Source: an uncultured Cryomorphaceae bacterium
GTDB taxonomy: Bacteria; Bacteroidota; Bacteroidia; Flavobacteriales; UBA7430
Direction: 5' to 3'
Assembly (NCBI GenBank): GCA_902551855.1
Contig: CACDER010000001.1
Span: forward strand, 5,531-69,530
DNA: 64,000 nucleotides
A program made the translations under genes and the position numbers. The notes beneath the pieces were generated by a model. The model saw only the letters and a list, made by a program, of their open reading frames with translations. It was not told the DNA's origin and searched no databases. Of the stretch, positions 9,633 to 17,711 are shown in pieces (position 1 is the first letter of the stretch; every line of letters starts with the position of its first letter).

Positions 9633-10625
9633 ATGGACACGATTTCAGTTTTAAAAATAATTATTAAAAATAAAGGAAAACTTTTGGTCATTATGATATT
9701 AACAGCAATTATGGCCTCTATTTTTTCTTCTCAGACCTTCATAGAACCTAAGTTTAATTCTTTTTCCATAATATATCCCACAACAACTAATTCAATATAT
9801 CAAGCACTATTAGTTGAAAATAATCCGTACAAAAAGGATTTTATGGAATTTGGTGAAGAACTCGAATCAGAAAGATTACTTCAAATTTTAAACTCAAATA
9901 GAGTAAAAAATAAAATAATAGAGGAATTTAGTTTATATGATCATTACGAAATTGATGAAGATGGGAAGTATTCAAAAACGTGGATGGATAACGCATTTAA
10001 GGAAAATTTTTCTTTTAAAAAAACTAATCTAATGTCAATAAAAGTTGAAGTTACTGATAAAGATCCAGTTGTTGCAGCTAATATGGCTAATAGAGTTGTG
10101 GACGTTATAGATATTGTTGTAAAAGATATCAAGAAAGAGAGGGCTGAACAATCCATTAGTATATTAAATAGGAGGGAAAGCGAACTTACGATCAGACTTT
10201 TTGAAATAAATGATTCATTAGTTGAATTTGCTAATTTTGGTATTTTAGATGTCCCATTACAAATAGAAAGATTAACTGAATATTATGCTAAATCTCTTTT
10301 AAATGGTAATCAATCTGGTATAAAATTAATTAAAAGCGAGATGAATAACCTATCAAAATATGGAAGTTCACAAATTCGTTTGCTATATGATCAGGAATTA
10401 GTTCAAGAAAAATTAGATTTAATAAAGCTAGAAAAGGAAAATATTAAATTAGAAATGGATGCAGATTTTACAAATAGATTTATAATTGATAGAGCAGAAC
10501 CATCAGATAAAAAGTCTTATCCAGTCAGATGGTTAATTGTATTATTATCACTAATATCTAGTCTATTTATGTCATTAGTTATATTATTTATTAACGAAAA
10601 ATCAACATTTAGTTATTTTGATTAA
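9633..10625 (+). CDS. Wzz-like polysaccharide chain-length determinant (no kinase domain)
   Basis: 330 aa. An N-terminal TM (LLVIMILTAIMASIF) and a C-terminal TM (WLIVLLSLISSLFMSLVILFI) flank a helical, coiled-coil-like periplasmic region. A Pro motif (EPSDKKSYP) sits just before TM2. Confidence 0.55.
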   Translation: MDTISVLKIIIKNKGKLLVIMILTAIMASIFSSQTFIEPKFNSFSIIYPTTTNSIYQALLVENNPYKKDFMEFGEELESERLLQILNSNRVKNKIIEEFSLYDHYEIDEDGKYSKTWMDNAFKENFSFKKTNLMSIKVEVTDKDPVVAANMANRVVDVIDIVVKDIKKERAEQSISILNRRESELTIRLFEINDSLVEFANFGILDVPLQIERLTEYYAKSLLNGNQSGIKLIKSEMNNLSKYGSSQIRLLYDQELVQEKLDLIKLEKENIKLEMDADFTNRFIIDRAEPSDKKSYPVRWLIVLLSLISSLFMSLVILFINEKSTFSYFD

Positions 10626-12045
10626 AGAAAAATTCTTTAGGTATATATTTTTTTTTGTATTTTCTGTTTATTTATTGTTTAATATCAATTTTTTAATCAA
10701 GGATAATTATTTTTTTATTGCACTTCCTTTTTTAATAATTTTAACTTTTATATCAATTATAAGATTAGATCTTTTAATATTAATCATTTCATTTTTCACT
10801 CCTCTTTCTATAAGTTTAAAAGAAATTGGATTTTTTACCTCGCTTGGAATAGATATGGCGATACCCACAGAACCAATATTATTTATTCTTTTATTTATTA
10901 TTTTTTTAAAAATAATAGATAACTATTTGGAATTTCAAATTTTATTTAGTCATAATATAACTAAGTTAATAGTAGTTTATTTAATTTGGATTTTTATAAC
11001 ATCAATAAAAAGTTCGATTCCTTTTGTTTCATTTAAAGTTTTAATTACTAGATTGTGGTATATATTAACTTTTTATGTCCTAGCATCTCAAATTTTTAAA
11101 AAACAATTTTATAGATTATTATTCATAAAGTCTTATATAATTGGTCTTGTAATTGTATGCTTGTTTACTCTATACAATCATTATCATTATAATTTTTCAC
11201 AAGAAAGTGCACATTGGGTAATGTCTCCCTTTTTTAAAGATCATACATCATATGGTATGAGTTTAGCTTTATTTTTACCACTGACTTTTTATATTTTTTA
11301 TTACGAAAAAAAATTGATAAACAGGGTATTCTATGGAATAATATTATTCATCTTTATAGTAAGCTTTATTTTATCTTATACAAGAGCAGCGTGGATAAGT
11401 ATTTTTATGTCTTTAATTTTTTATTCAGTTGTAAAATTAAAAATTAAATTTAAATATATAACTGTATTTACTTTGGTAATATTTTTGTTGGGATATGTTT
11501 TTAGTGAAAATATTTTAAAATTCCTTGAAAATAATACTCAAGACTCCTCCGATAGTTTTCTCATGCATATTAAATCAATATCAAATATTACCTCAGATGC
11601 ATCTAACCTGGAGAGAATTAATAGATGGAAGAGTGCAATTAAATTATTTTTAGAAAGACCTCATTTTGGTTGGGGAATAGGTACATATCAATTTAATTAT
11701 TCTTCTTATCAGAATTTTTATGATAAAACTATTATTAGCACAAATTTTGGTGACAAAGGTAATGCACACAGTGAATATCTGAGTATTTTATCCGAGACTG
11801 GTTGGTTTGGATTATTTTCTTTTTTGATTTTATTGATTCATATTTTTTACTCATTAATAAATTTAATTTCAGGTCTTAATTTAAAAAAAGAAAAAAATTT
11901 TATATTATCAATTTTTTTGAGTTTAATAACATTCTTTATTCACTCCTTTTTGAATAATTTTTTAGATATGGATAAAGCTTCAGTTCCAATTTGGGCTTTA
12001 ATTTCAATGGTTGTAATGATTGACAAAAAGAAAATTATGATTTAA
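10618..12045 (+). CDS. O-antigen ligase / polymerase family membrane protein (Wzy_C-type)
   Basis: 475 aa with at least 10 TM helices. Motifs YTRAAWISIFMSL and GWGIGTYQF...GNAHSEYLSILSETGWFG are typical of the family. TTG start overlaps the Wzz-like stop. Confidence 0.7.
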   Translation: MIKEKFFRYIFFFVFSVYLLFNINFLIKDNYFFIALPFLIILTFISIIRLDLLILIISFFTPLSISLKEIGFFTSLGIDMAIPTEPILFILLFIIFLKIIDNYLEFQILFSHNITKLIVVYLIWIFITSIKSSIPFVSFKVLITRLWYILTFYVLASQIFKKQFYRLLFIKSYIIGLVIVCLFTLYNHYHYNFSQESAHWVMSPFFKDHTSYGMSLALFLPLTFYIFYYEKKLINRVFYGIILFIFIVSFILSYTRAAWISIFMSLIFYSVVKLKIKFKYITVFTLVIFLLGYVFSENILKFLENNTQDSSDSFLMHIKSISNITSDASNLERINRWKSAIKLFLERPHFGWGIGTYQFNYSSYQNFYDKTIISTNFGDKGNAHSEYLSILSETGWFGLFSFLILLIHIFYSLINLISGLNLKKEKNFILSIFLSLITFFIHSFLNNFLDMDKASVPIWALISMVVMIDKKKIMI

Positions 12046-12601
12046 TTCTTTCAATGTAATGCCCTTTAATTGTATCTATTTTCACTTCATCTCCTTCATT
12101 TATGAATAGAGGGACATTAACTTCAGCATTAGTCTCTAGAATAGCTGATTTTGTAGCATTTGTAGCAGTATTTCCCCTTTCACCTGGTTCAGTATATTTA
12201 ATTTTTAAAATAACAGATGATGGTAAATCACAACTTAAGGGAGTTTCATTCTCAGTATCAAATAGAATATCAACTATTTCTCCCTCTTTCATGAATTTAT
12301 AACTTGACACAATATTTTTATTTAAAAATATTTGTTCATAGGTTTTTGTATCCATGAAATGAAATCCATCGTCTTCCATATACAAATATTGGTATTTTCT
12401 AGATTCAACCCTAACAATATCAATTTTAGAACCTGAGGGAAAAGTATTATCTAAAACCTTACCGTTTGTAAGACTTTTGATTTTGGTTCTTACAAAAGCA
12501 GGGCCTTTCCCAGGTTTAACATGAAGGAAATCAATTATTTTAAATAAGTCATTGTTGTGTTTAATACATAATCCATTTTTTATGTCTGAAGTAGAAGCCA
12601 T
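12035..12601 (-). CDS. efp: translation elongation factor P
   Basis: 188 aa with the VKPGKGPAFVRTKIKS loop and full-length EF-P pattern. Confidence 0.95.
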   Translation of the reverse strand: MASTSDIKNGLCIKHNNDLFKIIDFLHVKPGKGPAFVRTKIKSLTNGKVLDNTFPSGSKIDIVRVESRKYQYLYMEDDGFHFMDTKTYEQIFLNKNIVSSYKFMKEGEIVDILFDTENETPLSCDLPSSVILKIKYTEPGERGNTATNATKSAILETNAEVNVPLFINEGDEVKIDTIKGHYIERIKS

Positions 12602-12612
12602 ATTTTATTTTT

Positions 12613-13218
12613 TTAATTATTAATTTCGACTATATTATAATTTTGTATTTTGAGTTTTATATTACTAAATTTTGTTTCTTCATTAATAAAATTAGATGCA
12701 ACAATTATTAGTCTATCATTTTTATAATTATTAATTAAATTTTGAAACCACTTTATATTATCCATATCTAAATTAGAGCAAGGTTCATCAAGTAAAATTA
12801 CTTTAGAATCAAATAATATTGCAAGAGCTAATTTAATTTTTTGTTTTATACCAGAGGAAAAAAATTTAATTTTTTTAAACTTATCTATTTCAATTATTTC
12901 CTCAAATTTCTTTTCATCAAAATTATTTATAAATCTTGAAAATACTCTTTTAAATTTTAAAAGCTCATTTAAGTTCATTTCTTCAATTAAATTTGAATAT
13001 GGAGCAGCGAATGTTATTGAATTTTTGGAATTATTGTAAATAATTTTTCCTTTATTTGGACTAATATAACCTGATATTAGTTTGAGGAAAGTAGATTTTC
13101 CTGAACTATTATTTCCATTAATTGAATATATGTTTTCAGGATAAAAAACTAAATTTAGGTCCTTAAATATGAAATTATCATTATATTTTTTATAAATATT
13201 AAATAACTTTATTTTCAT
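12613..13218 (-). CDS. short orphan ABC-type ATPase with degenerate motifs
   Basis: 201 aa. Walker A (GNNSSGKST) and Walker B (VILLDEP) are present. The signature motif is FSSGIKQK rather than LSGGQ. There is no Gln where the Q-loop is expected and no His anywhere in the protein. Overlaps lpxA by 4 nt. Confidence 0.7.
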   Translation of the reverse strand: MKIKLFNIYKKYNDNFIFKDLNLVFYPENIYSINGNNSSGKSTFLKLISGYISPNKGKIIYNNSKNSITFAAPYSNLIEEMNLNELLKFKRVFSRFINNFDEKKFEEIIEIDKFKKIKFFSSGIKQKIKLALAILFDSKVILLDEPCSNLDMDNIKWFQNLINNYKNDRLIIVASNFINEETKFSNIKLKIQNYNIVEINN

Positions 13219-13994
13219 ATTTTAATACTTTTAACAATACCTCTATTTGAAGATCTTATAAAATCAATAATCAAATTTGAAAATTTCGATTTATTTAGAT
13301 TTGAATTAACATATTTAATTGCTTGAGAGGTGTTTAAATTTGATTGATATATTATTCTGTATATATTTTTAATTTCATTTATATTGTCATTATTAAATCC
13401 TCTTCTTTTTAATCCTATGTTATTTATACCCGTATATCTAAGTGGTTCATGGGCAACTTTTATAAATGGAGGAACATCTTTTCTGACTAAGGATCCTCCT
13501 GATATCATACTATGAGATCCTATTTTTACAAACTGGTGAATTGCTGACAATCCCCCAATAATTCCAAAATCATTAATTATTACATGACCTCCCATAGCTA
13601 CTCCATTGGCTACAACACAATTATTTCCTATGATACAATCATGAGCAATATGAGAATAAGCCATTAACAAACAATTATTTCCGATAATGGTTTTACCCAG
13701 AGCCTTTGTACCCCTATTAATTGTAACACATTCTCTTATTATCGTATTATTTCCAATTATAACAATACTATCCTCTCCTTCAAATTTTAAGTCTTGAGGA
13801 ATACCTGATATTACAGATCCAGGAAATATCTTACAATTATTTCCAATTCTTGCCCCATTCATAATAGTAACATTTGGTCCAATCCAGGTATTATCTCCAA
13901 TAACCACGTCACCATATATTTTTGTAAATGATTCAACAATTACATTTTTGCCAATTTTTGAATTGGGATTTATTGAATTTAAATTATTATTCAT
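13215..13994 (-). CDS. lpxA: acyl-ACP--UDP-N-acetylglucosamine O-acyltransferase
   Basis: 259 aa. Left-handed beta-helix hexapeptide repeats followed by a C-terminal helical domain (GLKRRGF...I). Lies in the lpxD-lpxC/fabZ-lpxA order. Confidence 0.9.
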   Translation of the reverse strand: MNNNLNSINPNSKIGKNVIVESFTKIYGDVVIGDNTWIGPNVTIMNGARIGNNCKIFPGSVISGIPQDLKFEGEDSIVIIGNNTIIRECVTINRGTKALGKTIIGNNCLLMAYSHIAHDCIIGNNCVVANGVAMGGHVIINDFGIIGGLSAIHQFVKIGSHSMISGGSLVRKDVPPFIKVAHEPLRYTGINNIGLKRRGFNNDNINEIKNIYRIIYQSNLNTSQAIKYVNSNLNKSKFSNLIIDFIRSSNRGIVKSIKI

Positions 13995-13998
13995 TAAA

Positions 13999-15399
13999 CT
14001 AATTAATTTTTTTTATTTGGGCCATTAATTCACCTTCTATGACAAGCTTATCTTCAACATAACCTTGTCCAAACATGTGGCAAATACCTCTTCTTATTGG
14101 TGAAATTAGCTCTAAATTAAAAATTATAGTATCACCAGGGACAACAAGTTGTTTAAATTTCACTTTATCAATTTTCATGAAATAAGTGAGATAATTTTCT
14201 GGGTCAGGGACAGAACTTAAAACTAAAATACCACCTACTTGAGCCATAGCTTCAATTTGAATAACTCCCGGTAATACTGGTTTTTTAGGGAAATGTCCCA
14301 TAAAAAATTGTTCATTCATAGTGACATTTTTTAATCCTACTACTTTTGATTTACTAATTGAAAGAATTTTATCAATAAACAAAAAAGGTGGTCTATGAGG
14401 AAGAATTTCCATAATTTTATTTATATCCATAATTGGATTATCAATTGAGTTTTTTTTATCCATATTTTCATTCATTTTTTTATGTAAAATTTTTGTAAAT
14501 TTTGTATTCATATAGTGTCCAGGCTTATATGCAATGACTTTACCAATTAAAGGTCTTCCGAGTAGATAAAGATCGCCAATCAAATCAAGTAATTTATGTC
14601 TACATGCCTCATCATCATAGTAAAGCACATCAATATTATTTAAATATCCTTTGTTAGAAATTGTAATATTTTTAATTCCAAAATATTTTTTAAGTTTTAA
14701 CATATCTGTTTTTGATACATTGTCATCAAGGAAAACTATGGCATTTTTTAAAGATCCCCCTTTAATTAAACCTTTGGATAATAAAGGTTTAATTTCATGA
14801 AAAAAACAAAATGTTCTTGCATTTGCAAATCGATTTTTAAATTCATCTAGACTATTAAGCTCAACTCTTTCTTTATTTAATGATTTTGATTCGTAATCAA
14901 TTGAAACATCAATAGAAAATTTATTAGAGGGAATGATTTCAATTTTTGAACCATTTTTTGGGTCTTCTAAAAGAACTTTGTCTTCAACTTTAAAATAATT
15001 TCTTATTGATTTTTGTTTACTTAAACCAATTGATTCAAATTTTCTTATATATTCAATAGAACTACCATCTAATATTGGTAATTCTTCTGAATCAATTTCA
15101 ATTATTAAATTATCAATTTTTAATCCACAACAAGCTGCGAGTAAATGTTCTACAGTTTTAATTTTAATATTATTTTTTTCAAGTGATGTATTTCGTTCAG
15201 TTTTATATAAATTATCTATTTGAGCTTTAACAATAGGTTTATGAATTAGATCAATTCGCTTGAATAAAATTCCTGAATTTTCTTCAGCAGGTTTAAAAAT
15301 TAAATTTACCTCTCTACCTGAATGAAGTCCAATTCCATGTATATTGAAACTAGAATTAATAGTATGTTGGTAATCCATTATTAAATATTTTTTTTTCAA
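13999..15399 (-). CDS. lpxC/fabZ: bifunctional UDP-3-O-acyl-GlcNAc deacetylase / 3-hydroxyacyl-ACP dehydratase
   Basis: 466 aa. The N-terminal LpxC part has GIGLHSG, TVEHLLAA, HKLLDLIGDL and PGH. The C-terminal FabZ hotdog has LPHRPPFLFID, FFMGHFP..PVLPGV and EAMAQ. The fusion is typical of Bacteroidota. An alternative start at 15378 (MDYQ) is possible. Confidence 0.95.
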   Translation of the reverse strand: MKKKYLIMDYQHTINSSFNIHGIGLHSGREVNLIFKPAEENSGILFKRIDLIHKPIVKAQIDNLYKTERNTSLEKNNIKIKTVEHLLAACCGLKIDNLIIEIDSEELPILDGSSIEYIRKFESIGLSKQKSIRNYFKVEDKVLLEDPKNGSKIEIIPSNKFSIDVSIDYESKSLNKERVELNSLDEFKNRFANARTFCFFHEIKPLLSKGLIKGGSLKNAIVFLDDNVSKTDMLKLKKYFGIKNITISNKGYLNNIDVLYYDDEACRHKLLDLIGDLYLLGRPLIGKVIAYKPGHYMNTKFTKILHKKMNENMDKKNSIDNPIMDINKIMEILPHRPPFLFIDKILSISKSKVVGLKNVTMNEQFFMGHFPKKPVLPGVIQIEAMAQVGGILVLSSVPDPENYLTYFMKIDKVKFKQLVVPGDTIIFNLELISPIRRGICHMFGQGYVEDKLVIEGELMAQIKKIN

Positions 15400-16399
15400 G
15401 CTCTTTTATTCTATTTATCCAGAGAGGAAATTTTTTAAATAGTATATATGATCTTTGAAATTCTTTGATGTTAAACGCAATTGGACCTTGAATAATAGTT
15501 CCAACTTTTTTTATACTTTTTCCAACTCCAGAATTCCCCGAAATTATTGTTTTATTTGCTATGAATAAATGATCTGCGATTGCAACTTTACCGCCTATCA
15601 TACAATTACTGCCAATTTTAGTTGAACCGGCAATGCCCGAATTTCCAGCTATTACTGTATTTTCTCCAATATGAACATTATGTCCAATTTGAATCAAATT
15701 ATCTAACTTAACACCTTTTTCAATAATAGTTGAACCAAAAGTTCCTCTGTCGATACAAGTATTAGAACCAATTTCGACATTGCTTTTAATATGTACATTT
15801 CCAATTTGTGGTATTTTTTTAAAAATATGCTTTTCATTTTTCGTGAAACCAAAACCATCAGACCCAATTATTGAACCACTATGGATAATACAGTTATCCT
15901 CAATTATTGAATTGTCATAAATTTTTGCGCCAGGATAAATAATACAGTTTTTTCCAATTTTAGTATTTTCTCCAATGAAACAATTAGAATTTATTTGGCT
16001 GTTTTCACCAATTTTTACATTTTTTTCAATATTAGTGAAATTTCCAACATAGATATTTTTTCCTAAAATTGATGAATTCTCTATGTGTGCAAACTTCTCA
16101 ATTCCAATTTTAATTTGTTTTTTAAAAATTACATTAATTAAATTAATTAAAGATAATTGAGAATTTTTAACTAAAATGATATTTGTATTTAATTTTTTAT
16201 CAGGAAATATTTTATTATCTATTATGAATGCAGAAGATTTTGATTCAATTATATATTTCAAATATTTTTTCTCTGAAACAAAAGATAATGAATTTTCACA
16301 ACTATTCTGAATCGAGCATATTTTATTGATAACAAGGTCAGGGTCTCCAATTAAATTCCCATTTATTAATTTAGAAATTTCTTTTAATGTTATTTTCAT
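15356..16399 (-). CDS. lpxD: UDP-3-O-acylglucosamine N-acyltransferase
   Basis: 347 aa. N-terminal LpxD-type domain followed by long hexapeptide-repeat beta-helix. Positioned upstream of lpxC/fabZ. Confidence 0.9.
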   Translation of the reverse strand: MKITLKEISKLINGNLIGDPDLVINKICSIQNSCENSLSFVSEKKYLKYIIESKSSAFIIDNKIFPDKKLNTNIILVKNSQLSLINLINVIFKKQIKIGIEKFAHIENSSILGKNIYVGNFTNIEKNVKIGENSQINSNCFIGENTKIGKNCIIYPGAKIYDNSIIEDNCIIHSGSIIGSDGFGFTKNEKHIFKKIPQIGNVHIKSNVEIGSNTCIDRGTFGSTIIEKGVKLDNLIQIGHNVHIGENTVIAGNSGIAGSTKIGSNCMIGGKVAIADHLFIANKTIISGNSGVGKSIKKVGTIIQGPIAFNIKEFQRSYILFKKFPLWINRIKELEKKIFNNGLPTYY

Positions 16400-16420
16400 T
16401 TTAGCTAAAATACAAATTTT

Positions 16421-17662
16421 CTATTCCAAAATATCACTAGGGTAACAAAGAAAATATTTGGAGCTCAAATTATATTGTTTCGAAAGGTTTAAGTATCTAT
16501 TTTCTGTCTTAAAATCAACTATAGTATTATTTTTTAATTTTAATAATATTGGATTATCATTATCATATATCTCGTTGACTATTTTTTTTTGAAATATGAA
16601 ATATTTTAACTCATATTTTGATAATTTATGTTTCTTTATTAATCTGTTTTCAATTAGGTTGATGTATTCTGATTTAAATTTATCATTTTGAATTTCTATT
16701 TTAAGTAAATTTCTATTTATTAACATTCTACATAAATATGATAATATTTTTTCTGATTTTAAAGACCATTCTTTTATTGCATTAAAGATATCATAATCAT
16801 CTAAAGTACAGAATAGGTTTAAAATTTTATCATTTTTTTCAAAATCTAAAATATCAAAGTCTTTTTTAAGAAACTTATCTAAAGTACTTGAACTTTTCAG
16901 TTTATAACCATTTTTAATTAACTCTTTTGCTCTATTTAAAATATTTAGCAGGGTAAATTCAGCTGAAATTACAGTTTTATGAAGATATACTTGCCAGTAC
17001 ATGAATTGTCTAGCAAGTAAAAATTTTTCAATTGAGTATGCTGCCTTATGATCCATAACCAATTTATCTTTATTTAAATCTAACATATCGATTATTCTGT
17101 AAGAATTTATCCTACCCTCTGTCACTCCAGTGAAATAACTATCTCTTTGTAAGTAGTCTAACCTATCAATATCAATTTGAGAAGAGATTAATTGGAAGAA
17201 AAATTTTCTTTTATAATTATTATTAAAAATATCAATTGCTAATGATAATCTTCCTTTAAATTCAATATTCAATTTATTCATTATTATTTTGGAAATTTTT
17301 TCGTGAGACAAATTGTTTACAAGAGTTTTTTCAAGAGCATGAGAAAAAGGTCCGTGGCCAATATCATGAAGTAGGATTGCTAGTAAAACTGCATCTTTCT
17401 CTTCATTAGAAATTTTGAAACCTTTATTTTGAATAGTCTTTATAGCAATATGCATTAAATGCATTGATCCAATTGCATGATGAAATCTTGTATGGTGAGC
17501 TCCAGGATATACTAAATAAGTCAAACCTAATTGACTTATTCTTCTCAATCTTTGAAAATATGGATGTTCAATTACTTTGTATATTAGCTCATTAGGTATA
17601 GATATGAATCCATGAACAGGGTCATTTATAATTTTTTTAGTTTTATTGCTCAAAAATTTCAA
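16421..17662 (-). CDS. HD-domain phosphohydrolase (dNTP triphosphohydrolase-like, COG1078 type)
   Basis: 413 aa with HTRFHHAIGSMHL, LLHDIGHGPFSH and DRLDYLQRDS motifs. Confidence 0.8.
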   Translation of the reverse strand: MKFLSNKTKKIINDPVHGFISIPNELIYKVIEHPYFQRLRRISQLGLTYLVYPGAHHTRFHHAIGSMHLMHIAIKTIQNKGFKISNEEKDAVLLAILLHDIGHGPFSHALEKTLVNNLSHEKISKIIMNKLNIEFKGRLSLAIDIFNNNYKRKFFFQLISSQIDIDRLDYLQRDSYFTGVTEGRINSYRIIDMLDLNKDKLVMDHKAAYSIEKFLLARQFMYWQVYLHKTVISAEFTLLNILNRAKELIKNGYKLKSSSTLDKFLKKDFDILDFEKNDKILNLFCTLDDYDIFNAIKEWSLKSEKILSYLCRMLINRNLLKIEIQNDKFKSEYINLIENRLIKKHKLSKYELKYFIFQKKIVNEIYDNDNPILLKLKNNTIVDFKTENRYLNLSKQYNLSSKYFLCYPSDILE

Positions 17663-17711
17663 TTTTAATTAAATTTAAATATTATATATTAGACTAATGT
17701 AAAAAATATCT

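Noticed and set aside
16421-17662. The HD-domain dNTPase-like protein, considered as a possible anti-phage dNTP-depletion defence gene.
   Set aside because: It sits in a co-directional string with lpxD, lpxC/fabZ and lpxA, an arrangement I recall as a conserved housekeeping context in Bacteroidota. It has no neighbouring defence or mobile genes. Nothing in the sequence separates it from the housekeeping COG1078 family.
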